64,000 bases of DNA from Guillardia theta CCMP2712 (Eukaryota; Protista; Cryptophyta). How positions within the stretch are numbered: the stretch's first letter is position 1; each line of letters opens with the position of its first letter. Under the pieces are notes generated by a model. The model made no database searches. It saw nothing but the letters and a program-made list of their open reading frames with translations, and was not told the origin of the DNA. The stretch is taken from the NCBI RefSeq assembly GCF_000315625.1, contig NW_005434626.1, positions 445,448 through 509,447 on the forward strand, written 5' to 3'. The translations under genes and the position numbers were made by a program. Below, piece after piece: positions 1 through 12,431 of the stretch.

Positions 1-1690
1 TGACAAGCTACATTTTAGAGGGTGGGGTTTATGAGAAAATACCTGGACCACCCCTCCTTGATTCCGTTCCATGACCCACCCTTCATCATAGAGAATAGCT
101 ACCCCTCACCAAGTACACCCTTTCCACACAGTGACCTACCCCTTGTGACCCAAAAAGATCCCCACCCTACCATGTCCGATTCCATGAATGTCCGGTAGGA
201 CCCTATCACCCACCATGGACCCCGTCAATTTACTCTGTGGTCCTTTTAAAAAGTGGGGTACAACACCGGTCACCACCCACTTTCACAGAATCTACTACCC
301 TACCCTCTAGAAATAATGCTCTCCACCCCCTACTTTACTACAAGTTTTCTCATTTTGGGTTGAGGGGTGGGTATGAGGCTTAGGAGTACCCCACCCGGTT
401 TCTAGGAGACATCACATGATCTATGGGTAGGTAGTGAGAGGGGGCGAGGCTGAGGCGGGTCCCCATGGGGGCGGGTTCCTTACAACCCTCGATGGGAAAA
501 GAGGGAGAATGGCATTGCAAGAACTAATAGAGGGTGGTGAAAGGAGGGGTGGTTGTTGGTGTCATGGGGGGTTAGCATTTCAGGTGGTGGGTACTAAGGT
601 AAAGGGGTGGTCTCAGTTCAGTCCATGATGGCCCCGGGGCGGCATCAAACGAGGGATCACATGAGCGGCTCACTTGGGAAGGTGAAGGGGCTGTAGACAG
701 CCGATCAGACCTGGAGACAGCGGGGGTTGTCCTGGGCCAACCGCAAGTAAGTTCCGAAGTTCGCGGGAAGGGGTAGGGTCTATCTGATCAAGGGGGTGGG
801 GGTGATTGGACAAGGGGTGAAGCAACAAAACGACGCCAGGGACGTGCTTAAATATCTATCACCGGTGTATTTATGGGATAAAATGGGGGTAGGGGTAAGA
901 ATCTCTCGGTTCTAAATGTCGCCCACCCCTCAGAACAAGAGTTGTAGCCGCTGCTGCTGCGGCAGCACAAGAATCACCTAGTTGGCGAAATCGATGCCCT
1001 CGGGCAGCACCAAAAGTCCGGGGCGGGCCACTAGTCATTGATCTCGGAATCCTACCGGGTAGGTAGTTTATTTACAATTCTTTTATAAAAACATACCTAC
1101 TGATGGTAATAATAGTTTTATATTTGTATGGCTTGCCAAATTCCAATAACTTTTAAAAAATTAGCGAGAAGCAGATGACTCAGTGAGTCACTGGCAGTCT
1201 AGCATCGGCATCATGGCATTGCCACCACAAGTTGATGACATCTCATTCCCTTCAACTTGAGTGACTTAGTGATCAGCTGCAGTCACTGGCACTAAGTTCT
1301 GAGAGTCGGTGAAAGAGACCGTCGGGCCCGGCGTCCAACTTTCATGCCACTGAGTGACCGTGTCACAGGCCGGGGCTCAGCGGGGGAGTCGGATGCCGGG
1401 TGGCCGCGCCACTGCCATGATCCGATGATCATTGACGCCGGGTCACTCCTGACTCGGGGTCACTGTTGTCAGAGCCGCTACCGGATCAGACGCGGCCCGC
1501 GGCCTCAGACTGTGAACGTCTGGGCCACGGCCGCCGGACCGTGCCGGGACTCCGGTTGATGATCCGATGATCGGCCCACCGGGCCGGGCCGGGCAGACTC
1601 CGGAGCCGGGAGTCAACGGTCCGGGATCCGATCATCGAGTACCTTACCCGAGTCAAGTCTTTCAAGGACGGTTTCACCAGCAGTTGAACC

Positions 1691-2614
1691 ATGTCCTGCC
1701 GGGCTTGCGGGGCAGCAGAGGCGAAGAAGCGATGCGGACGATGCCGAGCAGTTGCATATGTAAGATGATGACATGTAGACATGGAAATCTGTAGGATAGA
1801 TGAGCTGCATGAGGGAGGACAGTTGATGCACTAACAACTTCTGGTGCTTGTCTCACCTGTAGTTGTTAGGCTGAAATTTGTCTTTTCGCGTAACCAGTAC
1901 TCTTCATCTTAGTCCTTGCATGCCATGTCTCCCATTGTAATATTGCAGCTTGTGATTTCTCTCGTTCTCAACCTGAAACCTGCCGCTGTTCAGTGCTCGA
2001 AGGAATGCCAGAGGCTGCACTGGAAATCTCACAGAGCTGTTTGCGACTTTCTCGCTGCTCCTGTTCCTGACGACCTTGAGCGCGAGAATGAGCACTCCAA
2101 CGTTGTCGAGCATGAAGAAGAATCGAACATGGCGTTGACGAGCTCATTGCCAAGCACGAGTGCGGCGAGAACAAAGAAGTCGGTGAGGGTTACGCTTGAT
2201 CATCGTGGGTCGTGATGGTGTACTGGTTGATGCCAGGTAGCTTGCAGGACTTGCAAGGGAGAGGGCAAAGTTTCCCGAGAGAAACCAAACTTGCTGCCAT
2301 TCCCGAGGCTCGAGAGCCGCACAGCTTCTTTCGTACTACGTGAACTGACCTGCCCTGACTGCGGTGACGTTGCTTGTCGACCATGTCTTGCAAGCGTGAC
2401 ACACAGTAGATGGTTTTGGTACTACTGTGGCCAATGCAAACTTGTATGAATCGCACTCGCAAATGCCAAGTGAAAGTAATTCTCAACTGCCTTGCTATCG
2501 GTAAGCTTGTTGGCGCACTATCGGCCATGATTTATGTTTCTCGTTTTTAATGTCTTGTGCAGTTGTCAGGCACCCGATAGAGAATGTTGTACATGTAGCT
2601 TGCCGTCATCGTAA
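1691..2614 (+). CDS. Small (~175 aa) MYND zinc-finger protein with a DnaJ-type CxxCxGxG pair and a third Cys cluster; 5 exons
   Basis: Splicing 1691-1759, 1994-2182, 2237-2363, 2410-2500 and 2563-2614 (all GT-AG, phases consistent) gives MSCRACGAAEAKKRCGRCRAVAY|CSKECQRLHWKSHRAVC (complete MYND), then CRTCKGEG...CPDC|DGFG, and ends CYR|CQAPDRECCTCSLPSS*. Confidence 0.85.
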
Positions 2615-2696
2615 CGTGAATGTTCTAACGTAATTCTTCATTCTGATTCTGTAAATAAACGATAGATTTTGCGCCATCTTCCTTTCTCACGTTTGT

Positions 2697-5465
2697 TCAA
2701 GCCATTTCCTCGCGAACAGATGGGCCCAATCTTTCCGATTGATACTTTCTCCTGAACATCGCCAAGCACTCGCTAATCGACGTGACGAGCTGGTACATGC
2801 TCTGTCTCTTATTTGGTTCGTGACTCCAGCCCTGATCTATCATGGAGCAAAATCGTTCTCTCAGGTTGAAGGAAGAACCATCAGCAGCATTGAACACATC
2901 GGCGAGGTCCTCCAGCGACGGCCTCTGCATTCCCCAGCCAACAATCCCAGGGATGGAAGCGATGGGTCTACCGGAGAAAGGAGTCTTGACAGCAGCCACC
3001 TCCCACATCATCACGGTGAAGGAGTAAATGTCGCTGCGCTCGTCGAAATGTTCTCCACGGTGAACTTCCGGCGCGATGTAGAGCATGGTCCCTGCCGTCC
3101 GCATGGTGTTGACATGACTTGCTTCTTTGATCCGAGAGAGTCCGAAGTCGCAGACTTTCACGATCATATTCGAGTGGAGTCGCTGCAGCAGGAAATTCTC
3201 AGGTTTGATATCCCGATGCACCAACCGATTTTCATGAAGGTATCTGGAACAGTGTGAGTGCTTCTAGAAGCAAGGAAATTCGTATCCACCTTACACCGCA
3301 GGCAGCTTCTCGGAGAAGCTCTATTCGATGTTCTAAAGTATCGAACAAGGCTTCATTCTTGAGGTATTTCCTAAGATCACCTTCAAGAAGCTCTGTGACT
3401 ATGCAGAACGTGTTCGAATCCGTCAGGGTTCCTGTAGCGAACATCACACAGTGCTGGCAATCGAAGAAATACGAACCGAAAAATGAAATTACATTCGGAT
3501 GCCGCAGGTTCATCAGTCTCGAGACCTCACTCTTGAAGTCATAAATAATCTGATTGAATTCTTCTGAGTCCAAGCTGCTCGAGTTGCGAACTTGCTTCAC
3601 AGCTACCGTTGCAGACATCCATTCAGCCTTGTAGATGATACCGAAAGAGCCTTCTGCTATTCTCGATATGATCTTCAGGTCCTCCGATTTGATTTCTGTG
3701 TTGGGAAGTTCCACTTTGCTCGGCGTGAATTCTTTTGTCGGTGACGCATTGGTGTCTGCTCTTGAGTCTTCCTTGTCCGAACTCTTCTTGGTCCTGAGGA
3801 TTTTGATTCCTCCCCTTTGATAGCTCCAGCAAGCCGCTGAATGTGCATCAGTCACATAGATCGGTTCTTGTTTTGCATTCTTAGATCTCATGATTCCGTT
3901 GTTCAATTCTTCCATTTGAAACAATCTTGTCTGCAATTCATTTATTTGCTCATCACGTGCAACCATCAGTTTATCCTGCATGTGGGTTAGATTTCAGTTT
4001 CAAAACATCTGCTCCAGATTGCTTTACATGATCTCGCTTGTATTGCTTGAATTCTTCTTCAACTGATCTCAAACGTGCAATCTCATCATTCTGAGACTTA
4101 TATTTCTCATAGAAGCTATCATGCGTTTGACATATGCCTTGGATTCTGTTCTCGACGTCATGCATCTTAGAAAATAAATGTTGATGAGCTTCCACAATAG
4201 CACTTTGATTCTTAGAAAATTTGTCCTACAAAACAAGAGCAAACTCAGATCGAAGCCCGAACAATAATCAAAGTGAAAACCTCTCTTTTGTTCATGTTTG
4301 ATTCAGCTAAATTTTGTGAGGTCTGTGAAATAGAAATCTCCGCATCAAGCTCGTCATTCATCATTTTCATCATTTTTTCTGTCGCTTTTGAATATGACTT
4401 CAATTTTTCACTCTCAGCTTGAACGTCCTTGACCTTCTTCTCACTTGAAGCAAGAATCCTTTCGAGGTTTTTAATCTTCTCCTGCATCATCCAGTTGTGG
4501 CTCAGAATACTCTGTTTTTCCGTGTTGAGGGCGTCGATGCTATCCTTCAACCTCTTTTTGTCTTGAGACATTACTGACATAACATGCTGTATCGACGATT
4601 CCATTCTTATTTCAAGAGACTGCTTCTGCTCAGTTAACTCAACAACTGTATCTCTTTCAACTTGCAATCGCCTTTCCAAATCTTCTACTTTCTTTTTCTG
4701 CAAGGCAATTTCCTCCTTAGCGCTTGTATTCGCTGTTGTCGTCCCATTGGTCCCTTGCGGTTTTACTTGATCAAAATCTATATCAACGAACATGGTTTCG
4801 TTTGGATCGCCACTGTTGTAAACAAATCGTCAAACAACTGATGAATTGATAAGTTGTTGATTCACCCGGCTATTTCCTTGTCATTTGCCTCATCATCGCT
4901 ATCCCCCTGTCATGGACAGTAAATGGTAAGAAATGTGAGGCCAAAGCATCACGAGAGCGATAAGATGACTTACCAGTGACGGGGCATAATGTGCAGACTG
5001 TCTACTTCTCTGGGAATTAAAGATTGTAGATTTGGAACTCTGTAACTCCACAGGTTCCTGCAGTCTCGTATTAGTGTGCGATATTTGAATATGATTTGAA
5101 TCGTCACGAAAGTTTCCAACCTGATGCTCCTTCTCTGCGAGTCCACACACACAAGAAGATGATAAAGTTTTTTTCTTGAAAACCCCTTTGCACTTTTTCC
5201 ATTTTCGTTCTTTACATGATGCGCATGCGTCGCTGAGCAAATACATTACGTAAGAGGAGGCTTCTACATCTAAGAAGAACCAACACCTTGCAAAGTTCCA
5301 GCTTTCGGACCAGCTAGAGAGCCTGACCTGTCCTTTGCGTATTGCGTTTCGCACACAACAGCAGCAGAGAGGAGAGAATCTGGACTTGAGCTCGCTGAAG
5401 CTCAAAGTTACATGAAGAATGATCGAGATGTTGGTTTTATCCACCATCTTGTTATCGATGAGCAT
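2697..5465 (-). CDS. Tyrosine-kinase-like (TKL/MAP3K-type) protein kinase with long N-terminal coiled coil; multi-exon, 5' end uncertain
   Basis: Motifs IAEGSFGIIYKAEW, VAVKQ, HPNVISFFG, HRDIKPEN, DFGLSR, GTMLYIAPE and SDIYSF in ORFs 2697-3224 and 3232-3981. Heptad E/K/Q-rich exons at 3971-4793. Confidence 0.88.
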
Positions 5466-6678
5466 CCCTCCAAGTGCTCGCCTGCTTGCCGGGAGCATTC
5501 GGCGCATTCAGCGTATGGCATATCTGCTGTGGGCAGTCAATCTTTCTTTCTCTGGTCCTGATGATTGATCTTGATTAACAATCGCCCTTGCGTGTGCTTT
5601 GCCTGACCAACTTTGTTATCTTCCTATAAGAGTGATATTCTTCACAATCAAAACAACAAGTTGACTTGAATCATGCGGAGACATAATGATCAAACGGAAA
5701 TGTTTTACGCTACCGCAGAGTCGGTATAATGTGGCAAATCAGTGGATGCTCCTTACCCGCTGGTGATCTTGATCGTATTCGCCCTGCTGGTCTTCCGTTG
5801 TTTGCTTCACCTCCTCCTCTTCGCACCCACTTCAGCATTTATCTGCCACCATTCTTGCCGCTCTGCCCTGCTCTTGCTGCCGGGTGTAGCCATGGGAGCC
5901 TGATGAGGTTTAGAGCTGGTGGCTCTGGGTGGGGGGTGGGGGGGAAGGCTCCAGGGGTGGGGAGGCGTGGTGTAGCCAAGGCTACCTGTGGAGCCCTGGA
6001 TTACATGGGGGGGTAGTCAGAGGCCCGCCATGTGGGACGGTTGTCTCCCTGGGGACGTATGCCAACAAGCTAAAACAGAGGGGTGGGGGTCACTACCCCA
6101 CCCCAACTTAAGTCCCGGATTTGGCGTCAAGTTTTTGAAAACCGGGGACTGCGATACGGCACCTGACCGGGCCTACCCCCCCCGCCGCTCAAACTTCCCC
6201 AAGTAACTACGGCGGTCGACTCCCGGGGACAACCAGAGCCCCAAGGATGATGCAAGAGCCAGGCTGTGAGGAGCTCAGACCGTACTCGGACCAGAGAAAA
6301 GAGACCCGATGCAGCCTTATGCGGCAATCGGTTTCTTGTCCGAGTCCGGATGACAGGTCTTCCCGATCACTGGGGCGGCACGATGAGCAACAAGATTAAA
6401 GGCACGATACTGAGAGTGAAGGAACTCCGTAAGTATGGCGATAGAAGGAGCTCCGTAAGGTATGCGGCCCTAGTAGACCACTTGTGCACGCCGGGGCCCT
6501 TCTTGAGTTGAGCGGGAGATCGCTCTGTAGCTCGTAGGAGTGTGTTGTGATCTCTATGGAGGTCAGAGGAAACAAGACGAGCGACTGCTGACTGGCAAAA
6601 GTTGTTGAGATCACAAACAAGACAACTTTACGCTTCGCCATTCCCAGTTTGTCTCGAAGCACTCCAGCGCTGTCAACC

Positions 6679-6717
<39 letters not shown>

Positions 6718-8232
6718 CGCCACCTTCAACATCTTCTTTCGACTCACTTTCACGTATTTGCTATCCTGCGCAAGAAGATCGGTTGAATAGTCAAACACGC
6801 CAAAACTGCACACATTCAAGTTGCATTCTGCACGACGTAGCTGCTGAGCAAGCTGTTGGGAATAAGCAAGACCCGGTCCTAGGAGTGGATCACAGCGCCA
6901 TGGTGACCACAGTTGTCCTGTCCAAAGAGGAGGAGGCAGGATCGCAACTATCAGGCATGCTGGAGAAGCCCCGCGATAGATTTGATCAGGCTTGTCTGGG
7001 TGACATGGGAAGCGGAAGACGGGGAGGACAAGGCTTGTATAAGGCTGCAGGAGGAGCAGGACGAGTCGAGCATTCTAAAATGGAAGTAGTCAGTAAGTGC
7101 TGTCATGTCATCGCATCGATTGAAAGAAGACACGGTATCAAAGAGGCATGTTGTTGTGCACATGACCCAGAGCGAGGTGGTGGTGGGAGCTTACAAAACT
7201 TGAATGAATATCTCGGACCCGTGCAGAGCAACTTCATGTAAACAATCTCAACTCTGTTTTCTGAAGTCTCTTCCCCCTTTTTTTGTTCAAATTTACCTTC
7301 AGTTTTCCCTTACTTTCCCCCTCCTCCTCCCTTCCTTGCGAGCTGCTTCCTCCCCCCCCTCCCCCTCCCCCTCCCCCTCCCTTCTGCTGCGACCATCCCG
7401 CCATCTCTTCCTCTCCTTCTCTCTTCCTCTCTTCCTCCCTTCCCCCTTATTTCCTCCTCTTCCTCTCCCTCTCTCCATCACTCTCTTCTTTGGCTCACGA
7501 CCTACCCCCTCCCCCGCCACGGCCCCCCTATTCCATCCTCCCTCTCCTTTCGCCTTCTTCCTCCCTCGCTCATCTTCTCTCAGAGTCGAGAAGTTCACGT
7601 ACAAGACGTACGCTTCAGCTCGTCCTTTATCGACCTCGATCACAAGTTGTCAATGTCTGATCGGTAATTTTCTTTCTCGATGTCGGATGAGGCTGATGAT
7701 GTTGTCATGTATTGGAAGTCGTTGAATTGGATGCAGGATAACTCTTGTTCTGCCCGATCGCAGAGTGATGCTGCTGAGCTCTTGACGACAGTGAGTTGTT
7801 TGACAGAGTGAAGGGCTTTCGCTTCAAGGAGCCGAACATTGCAAAACCAGGACAAGGAGGAGGAGGACGAGCTTCGACGATTATGTCATGAGCAACGACA
7901 GAAATAGCAGAAGCACCAGCAGGAGCAAGAAAATGATTCGCTAATTCACAAGTTGAGCAATGAGGAGCAAGAAAGACACGATATAGGGTATGGCAGTCAG
8001 GGAGGGACCCGGCAACTGGAACAGTAGGAGGAGGAGGACGAGGAGGAGGAGGAGGAGCAGCAGCAGCAGCAATTCAAGCCAAAGCAAAAGCAGAAGCTTT
8101 GACAGGATATCGTAGGCGGCACTGAGCAAATGCACGTGCATGAGGAGGGAAAATCAACAAGGAGACGCAGGAGACGGAAGGCCTTCTCGCAGCCCCATGA
8201 GGAGAGTGCGATAGAGGAGGAAGAGGAGGAGG

Positions 8233-8621
8233 AGAGGTCGTGAGAGAGGAAGCGGGAGAGTGCCAAAAAGTATCCAAGAAACAGCCAAGACTAGAGGAGG
8301 AGGATGAAGGGAGGATGAGAAGGTTGCAAGGAGAGAGTCCAGCAGGAAAATGAACCTGGTTTAGGGTTTAGGGTTTCCATTGGAGGGCTCGACAAGGGCC
8401 GAGGACGAGGAGGGCAGGAAGCAGGAAAGAGAATTCTCGAGCGTTTCACACGTAGGGCGAGCATGGGGCTGCGAGAAGGCTGGGGACGTAACAGCAAAGA
8501 AGAGAGGTCGTGAGAGAGGAAGCGGGAGAGTGCCAAAAAGTATCCAAGAAACAGCCAAGACTAGAGGAGGAGGATGAAGGGAGGATGAGAAGGTTGCAAG
8601 GAGAGAGTCCAGCAGGAAAAT
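8233..8621 (+). repeat. ~119-bp direct duplication (8233-8351 and 8503-8621) with a telomere-like insert and a nearby 19-bp inverted repeat
   Basis: Identical agaggtcgtgagagaggaagc...ccagcaggaaaat at 270-bp offset. ggtttagggtttagggtttc at ~8358-8377. 8181-8199 is the reverse complement of 8462-8480. Confidence 0.85.
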
Positions 8622-9744
8622 CAGCAGCAGCGGTCAAAGTGGAAGCAGCAGCGGTCAAAGTTGGGCCGATCAATCAGAGCAGATGCGACGGCTACGGCAG
8701 CGATGGCGATGGCGATGGCGATGGCGGGAGGAGGAGGAGGAGGAGGAGGAGTACAAGACCAGCAACAGGAGCATCAATATCAACAGAAACATCAAGAAAT
8801 GTCTGTCCCTTCAATGAATAGACCTGCACCCCGAAGTCAAATGGAAGATTCAATGAGTGCAGAATTCCAAGCTTCGCATGGGAAGTGCAACATTAGGACA
8901 AGTCAATGTCTCGATGGCATGACAAGCATCAGAAACAAGGATCTGTGTGCTGTGCTATGTATGGTACCAACACAGCAGGAAACATGCTTGAAAGATGCGA
9001 TAACACGGGAAAGCGTCGACTGAGCGACAAGGGGAACAAGGAGGAGGGTTTGTCATGTCAGGAACAATGTTGGCTGCAAAGAAGACAGGGACGATCAGAA
9101 GGGGAGGATGAGACTTGAGAGCCGGGGAGCGAGGGAGGAGGCGAGGGAGAGTCTACCCGCCGGAAAGTTCGGGGAGCAGCAGCAGCAGCAGCAGCAGCAG
9201 CGGGAAATGTGGAACAAAACGCTATTCCAGGCTGGAGAGACAGAGGAGGGGCTGGAGAGACAGAGGAGGAAAGTAGTCTCCCACATCTGGTTAAGATACA
9301 CACTTCGTCCTCTTCTCCGTTGCAAGTTATTGAATTCTTCATTCGATCTCTTCCTCTTGTCCCTCGTGCTGCTCCTGCTCCTGCTGCCGGCGCCGTCGCT
9401 GCTCCGTGCCGCCTCTCCTCTTCTTACATCTTCATCAGACTGGATACGGCAGCCAAAGTTTTCTCTCTCCGTCGTTTCTCTCCGCAAGGGCGTCGGGATA
9501 CAGCGTCGCCAGCTGGGCACTTTGACGCTACTCATTCCGAGCTAAGAAAGTCTTTTTTTGGCGTCACAAGGACTACCACAGGCCGGGCCTAGCTGAGGAA
9601 GGTAACATAAGCCTTGAAGTAGCATGATGTGTGGAACCAAGGGAGGGGTGTGGGGAAGGCTCGGGAACCGGGTGCTACCGTCACGATACTGGCAATGGAC
9701 TCCCCGCGTCCGGCGAGTCAGCCTGGGGTTGTGGCAGGTTTCAG

Positions 9745-9941
9745 TCATGGTGACTTGTTTCGCATCTCATTAGCAATCTCTGTGAGCTGACGATCTTAGT
9801 AGATTGCATTGCCGCCATGCCGGATTTGTCAGCTATACTACACTACTACGCTTTCAACTCAGTCCAATTTCACTCTCCAGACCCCTGCAGCATCGTCAGC
9901 TCACAGAAATTGTTAAGGAGATGCAAAACAAGTCACCATGA
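9745..9941. repeat. 50-bp inverted repeat (9745-9794 / 9892-9941, 4 mismatches) with 97-bp spacer
   Basis: tcatggtgacttgtttcgcatctcattagcaatctctgtgagctgacgat versus the reverse complement of atcgtcagctcacagaaattgttaaggagatgcaaaacaagtcaccatga. Confidence 0.9.
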
Positions 9942-12431
9942 GATAAAGAGCCTGTGTTGCTCGTCGAACACGTAGCAAAAGGGATCCTTCGGCATGGCAC
10001 AATTGTCCTGATAAGAGCACACCCATACCTCGAAGTGTGTTCGAGTCATAAGCTTTCCAAGCCCGCCTGACTTGAAAGTCTGATTGTTCGCCAACAACCC
10101 ATTAATTATTTCTTTCCACGTAAAATCCATTCGACAATTGAGATAGCCCGGATGAACAGCCCAACTTTGAAGCTTATTGTTTGTTGAATTCAATATAGCA
10201 GAGCTATAGTTACGTCTATTGGCTGGACAAATAGTTTCTTTGGGACACGGTTTGAGGTTGCTATCCCATTGAGCAATACTAGGCCAAGACCTTTGATAAC
10301 ATGTGAGGTTGTTATCGGTGAGATCCAATTCTTGGAGATATGCCATGCTATTGAAAGCATCCGAAGAAATACAGGCAAGATTGTTGCTATGGAGATCTAA
10401 ACTTGACAGATACAAAAGCTTGTCAAATGCAGGTAAACTCTTCAACTTGTTTCTGTGAAGGTCTAGAGTCCCCAATCTGAAAGGGCCGTCAAAAATTCCC
10501 GAAGGAAGATTTTCTAGATTGTTATTATCAAGGAATAGATTTCCCAAGTACGGCACGCTGTCAAAAGCTCCAGCAGGAAGAGTTGAGAGTGAGTTATTGT
10601 TGAGGTACAGAAACCAAATATTCAAGATATCATCGAATATTCCTGCAGGTAAGCTCTGCAGCTCGTTGTTTTGAAGATCAAGATACCACAGCCTCGACAG
10701 GCCGTTAAAGATTCCTGCAGGTAGACTCTTTAGAGTGTTGCCGTCAAGATAAAGCCGCCCCAAGCTTGAGAGCCCGTCGAATATCCCTGTAGGCAGCCTT
10801 TCTAACATGTTTTGCCCAAGATCTATGGACCACAGTGAAGAGAGCCCGTTGAATACTCCCGTAGGCAAGCTTGCTGCCGAGCTGTTGAGCTTGTTGTAAC
10901 CCAAATGCACATTCCGCAAGCTTGAGAGTTCCTGGAATATTCCTGTAGGCAAGCTTTCTAGATTGTTGTTGCCAAGATCAAGCTCCTGCAAACTTGAGAG
11001 CCCGTTGAAGATTCCGGTAGGAAGACTCCATAGCTCGTTACCCTTGAGACCAAGGTACTGCACGCTTGTAACGTTGAATATTCCAGTCGGCAAACTTGCT
11101 TGCGAGCTGTTGAGCTTGTTATATCCCAGACGCACGTACTCCAAGCTTGAGAGTCCATTGAAGATCCCCGCAGGTAAGCTCTGCAGCTCGTTGTTTTGAA
11201 GATCCAGCTCATGCAAGCTATAGAGTCCCTGGAAAAGTTTTGTTTGCAAGCTTTCAAGCTTGTTGTAGTTAAGATAAAGCCGCCCCAAGCTTGAGAGCCC
11301 GTCGAATATCCCTGTAGGCAGCCTTTCTAACATGTTTTGCCCAAGATCTATGGACCACAGTGAAGAGAGCCCGTTGAATACTCCCTTAGGCAAGCTTGCT
11401 GCCGAGCTGTTGAGCTTGTTGTAACCCAAATGCACATTCCGCAAGCTTGAGAGTTCCTGGAATATTCCTGTAGGCAAGCTTTCTAGATTGTTGTTGCCAA
11501 GATCAAGCTCCTGCAAACTTGAGAGCCCGTTGAAGATTCCGGTAGGAAGACTTGTTATTGAGCCGTTCAGATAGTTACTGTCAAGGTTTAGGTACCACAA
11601 GCCTGAGGGTCCGTTGAATATTCCTTGAGGAAGGCACTCAAGATGATTGTTCTGTAAGTAGAGGTAATGCAAGTTTGAGAGTCCATTGAATATTCCTGCA
11701 GAAAGGCTCGTCTGCGAGCAAGTGAGCGAATTATGTCCCAGCAGCAGAATCTGGACACCCATAATCCCATTAAAGATTCCCGCAGGAAGACTCTGTAGAA
11801 GATTTTGTTCGAGGTTCAAATACCTTAACCACGAGACCCCGCTGAAGATTCCTGCTGGAAGGCTTTTCAGCTGGTTGTTGTTGAGATAGAGATATTGCAG
11901 AGTCCCGAGCCCATTGAATAAACCTGCTGGTAGACTTTCCAGCTCGTTGTCGTGCAAACGCAGAATGGCCAATCTTCCAAGCCCATTGAAGATTCCTTCA
12001 GGTAACCTCGATATTCTGGTGTTGTACAAATAAATGTATTGCAGATTTGAGAGCCCGTTGAAGATTGCTGCAGGTAGACTCGATAGTTCATTGTTGTAAA
12101 GATTGAGTTGTCCCAACCTTGAGAGTCCATTAAAGATTCCCTCAGGAAGGCTCTCCAAGTTGTTGTTCTCAAGCAAGAGGTATTCTAAGTTCGAGAGCCC
12201 GTCAAAAGTCCCCATGGTTATGTTTCGAATACCAAAACCACTGAATTCAAGTTTAGTGCAGCTACTCCCACAGCTCACCTGCGGGTTTCTGGATAACACA
12301 CCCGCGTCCGATACATTGAACACGCAGTCTCCACAGATGATACTGCTGGAGCCTCCAGCCTGATGCAGACAACACCCTAGCACAATCCCAAGCACGTACA
12401 CACTGTGAGTAAAGTACTGTGGCCTGTGCAT
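9854..12431 (-). CDS. Secreted leucine-rich-repeat protein (~26-27 typical 24-aa LRRs, Cys caps, Cys-containing C-terminal domain)
   Basis: 832-aa ORF 9933-12431 with a signal peptide and repeats LxxLxLxxNxLxxLPxGIFxGL. A probable terminal intron 9885-9936 (GT...CTGAC...CAG) adds GLESEIGLS* ending at 9854. Confidence 0.92.
10746..11552. repeat. Recent in-frame intragenic duplication in the LRR gene: 10746-11027 and 11271-11552
   Basis: ~282 bp nearly identical at a 525-bp (175-codon) offset. One visible substitution (T vs K codon). Confidence 0.9.

Noticed and set aside
6200-9560. Coding-like fragments (e.g. DIDNL*SRSIKDELK)
   Set aside because: I could not build a consistent gene. There are in-frame stops and no recognisable family. 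No evidence for Sec or readthrough.
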